Positions 36,703-45,130 of a DNA stretch of 45,130 bases are shown here, in pieces. The notes under the pieces are model-generated. The model was not told the DNA's origin and ran no database searches. It saw nothing but the letters and a program-made list of their open reading frames with translations. The stretch lies in the sequence record SRR2962707_5026, one strand, 5' to 3'. Within the stretch, counting starts at the first letter, position 1. Every line of letters begins with the position of its first letter. Position numbers and translations under genes: made by a program.

Positions 36703-37659
36703 TTAAGTATTTAGCGTAAGAAAGAAGTCTTCTATTCTCCTCAAATACCACATCACGCCATCTTGCTTCTTCGTGAAGCCGGTGTGCCCACCGAACCTTG
36801 GCGTTTCCAGGTATACGTTCGGACTGCTTTCACATAGCTGGTATGGAAAGCATTGCGGGGAAAGCATGGGATCGTTTTTCGCATTTACAATCAATAAGGG
36901 CACCCGTACATTGGGTAAATATTGATGGCTTGACCACTTCTGATAATAGTTGTCCATGGAATCATATCCGTGTAGCGGCAACACATACTTTTCATGGATA
37001 TCTTGAAGGGAATCGATTTCATCCAACTCGCTTAAGTCAAATAGCTCAGGATACTGATCCGCTTTACTCGTGATTTTTCGTTTCCACTTTTCGAGAAAAC
37101 TCTTTTCCAGTCGTTTATTGAATCCTCTGGACAGCTTTTCTGTGGATGCTTTCAGATTCATGGGTGCCGAAAATGCCATTCCTCCTTTTACTTTTTCCGA
37201 AGTGTAATTGCCCAGATAATTGATTACCATGGTGCCTCCCATTGAAAATCCCAGAAGAAGGATGGTCGTGTACTTTTCCTCCACATATCGAATCACTTCA
37301 TCCAAATCAGCTATATCCCCGTGTTCGTAAAATCGAGGCAGGCGATTCATATCTCTGCTGCAACTTCTGTAGTGCCAAACCAGAATATCATATCCTTTAT
37401 CATACAAAAAAGCCGCGGATTTCTCAATGAAATGATCCTTTGCATTCCCTTCAAATCCATGAGAAATCAGCACCAATATGTTTCCTCCTGATTTTTTCCA
37501 ATCCAGATCCAGAAAGTCGCCATCTGCCAATTCCAATCGCTCACGTTCGTATTTTACCTGGTTCACTTTGGTAGTGAAATAAGGCACCAGGGTTTCCAGG
37601 TAGGAATTAAAGTAGAAAAGCGGTCGCTTGGTGTAGCCGGATTCTTTTATAATTGGCAT
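36703..37659 (-). CDS. YheT-family alpha/beta hydrolase
   Basis: RERLELADGDFLDLDW, HGFEG, GFSMGG, NAKNDP, GGHTGF. Confidence 0.92.
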   Translation of the reverse strand: MPIIKESGYTKRPLFYFNSYLETLVPYFTTKVNQVKYERERLELADGDFLDLDWKKSGGNILVLISHGFEGNAKDHFIEKSAAFLYDKGYDILVWHYRSCSRDMNRLPRFYEHGDIADLDEVIRYVEEKYTTILLLGFSMGGTMVINYLGNYTSEKVKGGMAFSAPMNLKASTEKLSRGFNKRLEKSFLEKWKRKITSKADQYPELFDLSELDEIDSLQDIHEKYVLPLHGYDSMDNYYQKWSSHQYLPNVRVPLLIVNAKNDPMLSPQCFPYQLCESSPNVYLETPRFGGHTGFTKKQDGVMWYLRRIEDFFLTLNT

Positions 37660-37692
37660 AGGAAATTCCTTATCTGTCAGGAGCTTTCAAAT

Positions 37693-38526
37693 ATGTTTCA
37701 AAATACCCTGAAAATCATAAAGGCACTGCTTTATACCATCCGGCCCTCTGCCACGCTGGGTGCTTGTCTGCTGGTATTGGCCGCCTTCAATCCTTCGGGC
37801 ACAACATCCAACACCACAGCAGCATTGTTTATCTGCTCGTTCTTCGGGGGGGCATTTTGCTTTTTGATCAACGATATCTATGATCGTGAAAAAGATTTAC
37901 TGAACGACAAAAAGAGACCCATCGCAACAGGTGTTATTCCGCTAAAAACAGCTATCAGGACCGCTGCTTGGTTTGCGCTCATCTTCATTGTTGCGGCTTA
38001 CTTCCTCGGAATCGTTCCATTCATTCTTTCCTTCGTGTTTCTGGGAATTACTTACGGTTATTCATTCATCAATGCCAAATCAGGCTTGCTGGCCAATGTG
38101 ATCGTTGCGTTCATCGTTTCCGGTACACAGTGGGGGGTGATGATCATTAAGCCGGACGAATTGCTCATTTGGAGTTCGCTGTTTCTGTTCTTTTTTACCA
38201 TCCCACGAGAGCTCCTACTCGACTGGCTGGATCAGAAAGGAGATAGAGCTATTGGGAAAAAATCGTCTCCTTTAAAAAACTCGGTAAAGATGAACGTGAT
38301 TCTTGTGATCGTGCTGTTGCTGATTTCGACTTACTTTCTGGTGAGTATTTTCTTCCAAACACCGATCGATTCTTTATCTGCTTTTCTTTTTGCTTTCGCC
38401 ATTATTTCTATCTGGGGCTCCTTCATTCCATTTCTGCTCAAGCCCGATCATTTCAACGCCCTGCTTTCGGTTCGGCTTTCACATAGTACGTTTGCGTTGT
38501 TCATTCTGGCAATGCTGCTGCGATAG
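37693..38526 (+). CDS. UbiA-family prenyltransferase (DGGGP-synthase-like motifs)
   Basis: INDIYDREKD..KRPIATG and RELLLDWLDQKGD Asp-rich motifs; multiple TM helices. Confidence 0.9.
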   Translation: MFQNTLKIIKALLYTIRPSATLGACLLVLAAFNPSGTTSNTTAALFICSFFGGAFCFLINDIYDREKDLLNDKKRPIATGVIPLKTAIRTAAWFALIFIVAAYFLGIVPFILSFVFLGITYGYSFINAKSGLLANVIVAFIVSGTQWGVMIIKPDELLIWSSLFLFFFTIPRELLLDWLDQKGDRAIGKKSSPLKNSVKMNVILVIVLLLISTYFLVSIFFQTPIDSLSAFLFAFAIISIWGSFIPFLLKPDHFNALLSVRLSHSTFALFILAMLLR

Positions 38527-39663
38527 ATGAAGAAACTCCGATACATACGACCATTCGTTTATGGAATGTTGCTCTGCTGGTCATTTGCTGGCGTTGGACA
38601 GCTTACAACAGACAAGGTGATCCGTCGCATTCATGCCTTGCAGGTGACCGAAGATGCATTCTATGATCCGGGGCTTTTTCCAAGCCAGCGATCATGGAGC
38701 TTTTCAAGGGATTGGGTGGAAGACAACACGATTTTCTTCACAGCTTCTATTGTCACAACGTTGCGACAGCTTCCCGAAACAGACAATCAGGAACTAATCA
38801 ATCAGATCATTGATCGAGCAACTCCTGTTTACACCAAGTACAGCAGTCGAAACAGGGAAGCAACCTACAACTTCTGGCAAACAGTGGAGCCGGATTTACC
38901 CTTCCCAAACGGAGGGCGGCTGATCTCTAATCCGAAAATGCGCCTTCCGGACGATTATGATACTTCCTGCCTGATCGCCCAGGCAACAGCCAGCGACAGT
39001 CTGGATGCATGCCTTCGTGAAAAAATGGTGGCTTATGCGGAAAGAGAGGAGCGAAGCGAAAACGAGCCCACCACATTGAAGGCTTATAAAACTTCTCAAG
39101 CTTACGAAGTTTGGTTTGCCAAAAAAATGCCTCAGACCTTCGACATCTGTGTGATGTCCAATCTGATGTATTTCATTTTTGATCGGGGTTTCGGGCTGAA
39201 TCAGACGGATAGCGCGACCATCCAATTGATCAAAGACATGATCTTGAATGATGATCATTTCAATGAGACAAAATTCATCTCACACCATGCGGCCTCTCCT
39301 GCTTTGATCCTGTACCATGTAGCTCGTATGATGAGCAAAGATTCTAATGGCCTCTTCAGCGATATAAAAGAGAAAGTCGCTGGCGATCTGATTCAGCTGT
39401 TGGAAGAGCCTGAAAGCGAGATGGAGAAGGTTTTGATCCTTACCTCACTGATCCGTATGGGTGAAACACCAAATATCAGACCTGATTATGAGGTGCTGGA
39501 GGCAGATCTGAAAACGTTCGTTTTCTTCTCTGTAAAACCATTTGGTAGTGGCTTCAGCTCGCTGAAAATGGATGGTATCTCCCCTTCCATTGACTGGTAT
39601 TCGGAAGCGTACAATTGGACGCTGGTGTATGAATACTTGATTTTGGCAAACGAGGTGAAGTGA
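38527..39663 (+). CDS. Secreted helical protein resembling a class II terpene cyclase beta domain
   Basis: Signal peptide; TYNFW, LPDDYDTS, FDICVMSNLMY, SPALILYHVAR; ATG immediately follows the UbiA stop. Confidence 0.55.
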   Translation: MKKLRYIRPFVYGMLLCWSFAGVGQLTTDKVIRRIHALQVTEDAFYDPGLFPSQRSWSFSRDWVEDNTIFFTASIVTTLRQLPETDNQELINQIIDRATPVYTKYSSRNREATYNFWQTVEPDLPFPNGGRLISNPKMRLPDDYDTSCLIAQATASDSLDACLREKMVAYAEREERSENEPTTLKAYKTSQAYEVWFAKKMPQTFDICVMSNLMYFIFDRGFGLNQTDSATIQLIKDMILNDDHFNETKFISHHAASPALILYHVARMMSKDSNGLFSDIKEKVAGDLIQLLEEPESEMEKVLILTSLIRMGETPNIRPDYEVLEADLKTFVFFSVKPFGSGFSSLKMDGISPSIDWYSEAYNWTLVYEYLILANEVK

Positions 39664-39717
39664 CAGCCGCAATCAAGCATTGGGCATGAAACTTGTTTTA
39701 TGAGGTTAAAACATGTC

Positions 39718-40791
39718 ATGAAGCTTAACCTAACAACCCTCCTTTTTCTTGCGATATCCATCTGTATGGCACAAAATGAAGAGCCTTCTCCTGAGATGTT
39801 TACCGGATATTACTATGTAGGTACTCATCCAAAAAAGCCCTTTTTCCTAAGCCGGTGGTATACTCGAGAAGATCAATTGTTCATCATTTTTGATTCAGAC
39901 ATTGATCGTCCATTGCAACCGAACAATGTAGGCAAGGATATTCCTGATATTTTCTACAATGAAGAAGAAGTACCACCTAATTATCCTGATTCCATTCCCT
40001 ATTTCATCTTTACACTTAAGGATAACAAGCTCGAAAAGTTCAAACTAAGGAGGAACCGGAAGGAATGGAGCACCGACCTCTATGGGCAAAGAATTCACAA
40101 ATGGGATGCGCTGGCAGTAGATACCGAAGCGCTCTTGACGGATTCGGTAGTTTCAGCACATTTTACGATCCGGGCAAGTGAAACGGACATCACGCAGGCA
40201 AGGAGCTTCTCTAACAATCTGGAAGCGCGATATCTTGAATTGACTGAATTATTTGGGATTGAAATGGATCCAACAACCGTTTATATCTATCCCGATCTCG
40301 ATACCTATCACAATGCGGTCCTTAGCCCACAGGCCCCAGCATGGCAAATGGGGCGTGCCTGGACTGAGAATGAAATCCGGATGGTATCGCCAGAAGTTGC
40401 CATTAAAGATCAGCCATTTTCAGATGAGTTGGTCGTGCATGAATTTATTCACTGCATTCACCTGACGATGATTGAGTCAACCAAAAATCTGAAACCATGG
40501 CTGTGGGAAGGAGTAGCCATGTATAAAGGATGTTGTGCCTTTGCGCATCCGTCCACACTCGATTACCTGCAAAAAGGGAAATACCCTTCTTTGAAGAAAA
40601 TTGAATCCAATGCCGAAATGAAATATGAGCTTGGGTATTACCTTGTCGAATTCATAGATCAGAAATGGGGCTGGTCCAAAGTTTTAGAGCTGATCAACTC
40701 GAATGCAGATTTGGAGCAGAGTCTTGGAATAAGCTCAAAAGAATTTGAAACAGCATTTTATCAGCATCTCGAAGCAGAATACCTGAAATAA
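39718..40791 (+). CDS. Secreted gluzincin (peptidase MA-like) metallopeptidase
   Basis: HEFIH plus PWLWEGVAMY third ligand; signal peptide from ATG 39718. Confidence 0.8.
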   Translation: MKLNLTTLLFLAISICMAQNEEPSPEMFTGYYYVGTHPKKPFFLSRWYTREDQLFIIFDSDIDRPLQPNNVGKDIPDIFYNEEEVPPNYPDSIPYFIFTLKDNKLEKFKLRRNRKEWSTDLYGQRIHKWDALAVDTEALLTDSVVSAHFTIRASETDITQARSFSNNLEARYLELTELFGIEMDPTTVYIYPDLDTYHNAVLSPQAPAWQMGRAWTENEIRMVSPEVAIKDQPFSDELVVHEFIHCIHLTMIESTKNLKPWLWEGVAMYKGCCAFAHPSTLDYLQKGKYPSLKKIESNAEMKYELGYYLVEFIDQKWGWSKVLELINSNADLEQSLGISSKEFETAFYQHLEAEYLK

Positions 40792-40876
40792 CCAGATTTA
40801 AAACTGAAGTTGGAAGATTCTGCCTTTCACATAAAAATCGTAGGAGATTTGCCCAATTGATTGTTATTTCCATATC

Positions 40877-41686
40877 ATGATTGCAGGAATCTCTATCAAC
40901 AAGGTACTTCTCCACGAAAACACTGTTCGTCGTGGGCTAATGGTGATGCTTGCATTCCTTATGACTCACCTGATCAGCTATCAGAAACTGCCCTTTTCCG
41001 CCTCGTATCAATTCCCAATCGTTCCCTTTTCCATCTTTATGATCTATGGGCTATTTATCTGCGAGATGAACACCCGCAACTACAGAAGACTGTCCGCCAG
41101 ACTCGGTGATCAGCTGGATGTATCCAGAATCTGGCTCATTGTGAAAGCCAATATAATCTCCTGCACGATCATTTTTGCAGCACTCACCCTTCTTCAAATG
41201 GCCGTCTTTCAGTATGTGATGAACCCGTTTCGGTTTGTGGGCCTTCTTTCTGTTTGCCTGATGATCTCGCTGATTGAAACAGGTGTCTTCATCATCCGGG
41301 GATATCTCAAGCAAAAAAACCGACCGATCACACTCAATCGGATGGCGACAGAATCCAAGCCGCTAACCATTGTCCGAAACAATGAACTCATCGCTTTCCC
41401 GGAAAACAAAGTGGCTTACCTGATTCATGAGAACGGGTGCATTTTCCTTATCGACAAAGAAGGCAAACGCTACACCACCCAGTTTGAATCACTGAGTGAA
41501 GTCGAGCAGCAAGTCTCTTCATCGTTCTTTCGGGCCAACCGGCAGGCGCTAGTCACACGGGAAGCCATTCGGTCCATACAAAAGGATGTAAACAACAAGC
41601 TAAAGGTGTTTCTGGAGCACACCAGAGAGCCACTGACCATAAGTCGCTATCGTAGCAAAGAGCTCAAGAGCTGGTACAAAAACTGA
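40877..41686 (+). CDS. Membrane-integral LytTR regulator (no receiver domain)
   Basis: About 4 N-terminal TM helices; C-terminal SLSEVE..FFRANRQALV..ISRYRSKELK. Confidence 0.88.
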   Translation: MIAGISINKVLLHENTVRRGLMVMLAFLMTHLISYQKLPFSASYQFPIVPFSIFMIYGLFICEMNTRNYRRLSARLGDQLDVSRIWLIVKANIISCTIIFAALTLLQMAVFQYVMNPFRFVGLLSVCLMISLIETGVFIIRGYLKQKNRPITLNRMATESKPLTIVRNNELIAFPENKVAYLIHENGCIFLIDKEGKRYTTQFESLSEVEQQVSSSFFRANRQALVTREAIRSIQKDVNNKLKVFLEHTREPLTISRYRSKELKSWYKN

Positions 41687-41740
41687 CTATTCAACAGCAA
41701 AACAGCTACCATTCAGCCGAACATCTTCCAATATTTCATC
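41687..41740 (+). promoter_or_regulatory. LytTR-type direct repeats
   Basis: CTATTCAAC 41687, CCATTCAGC 41709, TATTTCATC 41732 (22-23 bp period). Confidence 0.55.
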
Positions 41741-41779
41741 TGACACCACTTTGGTTCGCGTACGATTGCCCGAACCAAA

Positions 41780-42409
41780 ATGAATTCAATCATGAAAAAA
41801 CTATTATGCATGCTATTGCTTGCCGGCGTGTGGATTACTTCCTCCTCATTCGGGGATGAGTCGGAATCGCTGACGAAAGAAGATCGCAAGATGTTGACCA
41901 AGTACATGAAACAAAGCAAGGCCAACCTGATCGACAAGATCGAGGACCTGACACTTGAACAGTGGAATTACAAACCTGCTCCGGATGTTTGGTCGGTAGC
42001 AGAAATCTGTGAGCACATCTACAAAGCTGAGCCCGGTGTATTGAAAAAAGCCTCGGAAATTGATCAGCAGGAATACAAGCCTGGTCAAATGGCAGAATAC
42101 AAAGCACGGGGGGAAGAAATCAAAACCTTTGTGACAGGCAGAACGGAAAAATTTCAGGCACCACCACCAATCAGACCGGAAGGTGCTTTCGATTCTCCTC
42201 AGGCATTTATCGAAGATTTTGTAACACGACGAGATGCCACCATTGATTTTGTGAAAACAACCGACAAACCACTAAAAGCTTATTATGAAGTTTTTGGGCC
42301 TGTCGGAGAAGTCAATGGCTATGACTGGCTAATGATCATCGCCGCGCATACAGTAAGACATACCAAACAGCTGACGGAAGTGCTGGAAGATCCGGGGTTT
42401 CCACTGTAA
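41780..42409 (+). CDS. Secreted DinB-family protein
   Basis: WNYKP..WSVAEICEHI and AAHTVRH His triad; signal peptide. Confidence 0.9.
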   Translation: MNSIMKKLLCMLLLAGVWITSSSFGDESESLTKEDRKMLTKYMKQSKANLIDKIEDLTLEQWNYKPAPDVWSVAEICEHIYKAEPGVLKKASEIDQQEYKPGQMAEYKARGEEIKTFVTGRTEKFQAPPPIRPEGAFDSPQAFIEDFVTRRDATIDFVKTTDKPLKAYYEVFGPVGEVNGYDWLMIIAAHTVRHTKQLTEVLEDPGFPL

Positions 42410-42431
42410 CCAAGACAAGTAGTTTTGATCT

Positions 42432-42463
42432 GGGGCACTGTACGAGTTGCAGGGCCCCTTTTT
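42432..42463 (+). terminator. Intrinsic terminator after the DinB gene
   Basis: GGGGC-A-CTGTA-CGAGT-TGCAG-G-GCCCC-TTTTT. Confidence 0.65.
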
Positions 42464-43115
42464 ATTTCCGTCCTCTTTCCATATCCGAATTGATGATGGC
42501 ATCATACACATCCTGGGTAAGGAATTGAGGAGAATAAGTGCCTCCCGCATTCTCAATGTTTTTGACAAACGATCTCAAATGGTTTCGTGAGCCCTTCATC
42601 AGGTTCTCAAACACGATGGTGATGTCTGCATTGTCTACATTCTGATCCAATTCATTTTGCAAGTCCCGGATGTCTACATCTTCAATGGTAGCACCCACTT
42701 TCAATGCCTCAAGCAGACTGGCAGACCCCTGATCAATCAGCTGATCGTACATCTGCTGAAGTGCCTCATTTTCAAAAACACCGGCAGCTTTATCTGAAGC
42801 AGGGTCATCCAAACCGTATTTATTCAGCAAGCTCAGGACGGCATCCATGTGTGTCTGCTCACTGGAAGAAATGTTGTTGAAAATGTTAAGTGACCATTTA
42901 GTGTATAAAAAGTCATACACATCTCTGGCCATTTTTTCTTCCTCTCTCATTAAAAAGAGGGCTGTTTCTTCTGAATCACTTAGCGGTTCGGCTGGAAGGT
43001 TATCAATTTGTAAAATGATCGGATTGGCTTCTTTCACTGCCAGATCATTTGTGGCATCATCACATGACACGGTAGTCATCGAGAGGCTCAGGAGGGATAT
43101 CATTAAATATTTCAT
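42462..43115 (-). CDS. DUF2202 ferritin-like lipoprotein
   Basis: Lipobox TTVS-C; MREEEKMARDVY, SEQTH, IEDVDI, GSRNHLRSF. Confidence 0.9.
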   Translation of the reverse strand: MKYLMISLLSLSMTTVSCDDATNDLAVKEANPIILQIDNLPAEPLSDSEETALFLMREEEKMARDVYDFLYTKWSLNIFNNISSSEQTHMDAVLSLLNKYGLDDPASDKAAGVFENEALQQMYDQLIDQGSASLLEALKVGATIEDVDIRDLQNELDQNVDNADITIVFENLMKGSRNHLRSFVKNIENAGGTYSPQFLTQDVYDAIINSDMERGRK

Positions 43116-43140
43116 TGCTTTAATCTTTTTGTCTAATGGT

Positions 43141-43166
43141 TAGACGATTTGAAATCCCGCCTGTTG
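43141..43166 (-). promoter_or_regulatory. Putative ECF-type promoter
   Basis: Minus strand CAAC-N16-CGTCTA upstream of the DUF2202 gene. Confidence 0.5.
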
Positions 43167-43185
43167 GTAACATTAGTTACACTTC

Positions 43186-43986
43186 CTAAGTAGCTATGCT
43201 GATTTCTCCTTCGAGATAAGTCACCGCATTGCCGGCGATCAATACGCGATCCCCTTTGTCGGTGCAATTCAGATAGCCCTTTCGCTCCGACAGTTGGTAA
43301 GCGACCATTTCCTTTTTTTCCAACTTTTCAGACCAATAGGGAATGAGCGAACAATGAGAAGAACCTGTGACCGGATCTTCAAACACGGATCCGCCTGGAA
43401 AGAAAAACCGTGAAACAAAATCCACCCCTTCATTCTCACCTTCGGCCGTACAGATGATGCCTCCTTTGTTGAATAATTCTGGATTCAATACACTTGGATT
43501 CACCTTCAGTGAGCGTACTTCCGCCTCACTTTCGTAGACCAGCACATAATCCCGAGACTTCAACACTTCTTTCGGCTTGATACTAAATGCCTCCATTAGC
43601 ACACCCTGCATGTCGGCCGGTTTGGGCATGCGGCTCGGAAAATCGAGCTGCAGCAACCCATTCACCCGTCTGACCACCAAAGGGCCACTCATGGATTCGA
43701 AATGGATCTCATCTTTATCGTATCCAAGGTGCTTGTAGATCACATGTGCAGACGCAAGAGTAGCGTGTCCGCACAGGTCAATTTCAAACTCAGGTGTAAA
43801 CCATCGCAGCTCAAAAATGTCACCTTGCTGCTGGAAGAAAGCGGTCTCCGACAGGTTGTTTTCAATGGCAATCTTTTGCAGGATGTCATCCATGGGCCAC
43901 TCGTCCCCGATCGGGACAACTGCCGCGGGGTTGCCGGCAAAAAGGTGGTCTGTGAATGCGTCGACCTGGTAAATCGTAAGTTTCAT
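43186..43986 (-). CDS. PhzF-family isomerase/epimerase
   Basis: QVDAFT..GNPAAV, NLSETAF, EIDLCGHATLA, EDPVTGS. Confidence 0.95.
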   Translation of the reverse strand: MKLTIYQVDAFTDHLFAGNPAAVVPIGDEWPMDDILQKIAIENNLSETAFFQQQGDIFELRWFTPEFEIDLCGHATLASAHVIYKHLGYDKDEIHFESMSGPLVVRRVNGLLQLDFPSRMPKPADMQGVLMEAFSIKPKEVLKSRDYVLVYESEAEVRSLKVNPSVLNPELFNKGGIICTAEGENEGVDFVSRFFFPGGSVFEDPVTGSSHCSLIPYWSEKLEKKEMVAYQLSERKGYLNCTDKGDRVLIAGNAVTYLEGEISIAT

Positions 43987-44083
43987 GTGGTTTCGTTTAT
44001 CTTTCTATAAGATAGTCAAAAACGTTCAGCCCATTAAATTCACTGATCATTAAACCTTTGCTCTGTTGAGTTGTCTGAGATAC

Positions 44084-45130
44084 ATGCGCATACTTGTACT
44101 TTGTCCCTTGTTGCTGTTCATGCATTGCAACAAGTCCGATCAACCTATACCTGAGGAAACCTCCATGTATTTCCCTTCGGTGGGGTCATCAACGTGGGAG
44201 ACGGTCAGCATTTCTGAGTTGGGATGGAATGAAGATGTGATCAGCCAGCTTGATGATTTTGTCGAAAGCACAAGCACGCGGGCACTTTTAATTCTCAAAA
44301 ATGGACGAATTGCCTATGAGAAATATGCCGGCACCAAATTGTCAGGGGATCAGCCCTTTGATGCTGACAGCTACTGGTACTGGGCCTCAGCGGGTAAAAC
44401 GCTTACCTCCTTCTTGGTCGGACAGCTGGAGGGTAAAGGGATGCTGGCACTTGATGACCCTTCCTCCACATATCTGAACCAAGGGTGGACTAGTCTTACG
44501 ACAGCCCAGGAAGATGCCATCACGGTGAGGCATCAGCTAACGATGACCTCCGGGCTTGATTATTCCGTGTCCAATCCTGATTGCACAGATCCGACATGTC
44601 TCGAGTTCTTGAATGATCCCGGCACCTTCTGGTATTATCACAATGCGCCTTACACCAAGTTGGATGGTGTGATCGAAGGTGCAAGTGATATGGATTTCGA
44701 TGCATATTTCAATCAATCCCTTAGAGATCCCATTGGCATGGATGGTTTCTGGAGCTATCTCGACTACAATCATGTCTTCTACAGTCCTCCTCGTTCCATG
44801 GCGCGATACGGGTTGCTCATCTTAAACAAGGGCAATTGGGATGGTACGCCGATTTTAGGAAATGACACCTACTTTGAGGACATGATCAATCCTTCGCAAC
44901 AGTTGAATCCCTCCTACGGTTACCTGTGGTGGCTCAATGGTCAAGGTAGCTTCATTCCACCGGGCCTGACGATCAAAATCAATGCAGACATAACTCCGAA
45001 TGCCCCTGATGAGATGTTTGCGGCAATGGGCAAAAACGGGCAACTGATCAACATTGTGCCCAGCCAGAATCTGGTGATCGTGCGCATGGGTGACGACCCG
45101 GATACCGGCCTGGTGCCCTTTACTTTTCAG
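44084..45130 (+). CDS. Serine hydrolase, beta-lactamase/AmpC-like family (3' truncated by window; absent from the ORF track)
   Basis: Translated by hand from ATG 44084: MRILVLCPLLLFMHCNK..., WASAGKT (SxxK), HQLTMTSGL, WYYHN (YxN), YGYLWWLN; probable lipoprotein. Confidence 0.9.
   Translation, partial: MRILVLCPLLLFMHCNKSDQPIPEETSMYFPSVGSSTWETVSISELGWNEDVISQLDDFVESTSTRALLILKNGRIAYEKYAGTKLSGDQPFDADSYWYWASAGKTLTSFLVGQLEGKGMLALDDPSSTYLNQGWTSLTTAQEDAITVRHQLTMTSGLDYSVSNPDCTDPTCLEFLNDPGTFWYYHNAPYTKLDGVIEGASDMDFDAYFNQSLRDPIGMDGFWSYLDYNHVFYSPPRSMARYGLLILNKGNWDGTPILGNDTYFEDMINPSQQLNPSYGYLWWLNGQGSFIPPGLTIKINADITPNAPDEMFAAMGKNGQLINIVPSQNLVIVRMGDDPDTGLVPFTFQ

Noticed and set aside
43186-43986. PhzF as evidence of phenazine biosynthesis
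   Set aside because: No other phz genes; the LCGH Cys-type motif is typical of widespread stand-alone homologues
44520-45043. Three short minus-strand ORFs at the window end
   Set aside because: Antisense to the plus-strand serine hydrolase starting at 44084
44084-45130. Antibiotic-resistance beta-lactamase
   Set aside because: SxxK/YxN fold members are mostly esterases or peptidases; nothing here indicates beta-lactam hydrolysis

Overview
Gene-dense chromosomal window from a Bacteroidota genome, most likely Cytophagales. This is inferred from TAnnTTTG-type -7 promoter boxes, AT-rich leaders without Shine-Dalgarno sites, and the protein families present. Housekeeping genes: lgt, polA, mnmD, ispF, an inositol monophosphatase (suhB-like), rsmI, a pterin dehydratase, a PpiD-like chaperone and a YdiJ-like FAD/Fe-S oxidoreductase. 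Between them are envelope and regulatory cassettes: three separate PadR + 'prefix-domain' MacB/FtsX-type permease modules with no ATPase gene and with operator-like repeats; an ECF sigma / HEAT anti-sigma / 2x DUF4097 operon; an AT-rich RHH-PIN toxin-antitoxin pair with a perfect palindromic operator; a membrane-anchored putative HTH sensor divergent from a secreted beta-sandwich protein; and a membrane LytTR regulator with direct repeats before a DinB gene. The best candidate for an undescribed system is a UbiA prenyltransferase directly abutting a signal-peptide-bearing protein with a class II terpene-cyclase-like PDDxDT motif (37693-39663). A serine hydrolase missing from the ORF track runs off the 3' end. 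I saw no rRNA, tRNA, CRISPR array or transposase. All calls come from motif recognition by eye; no database searches were run.
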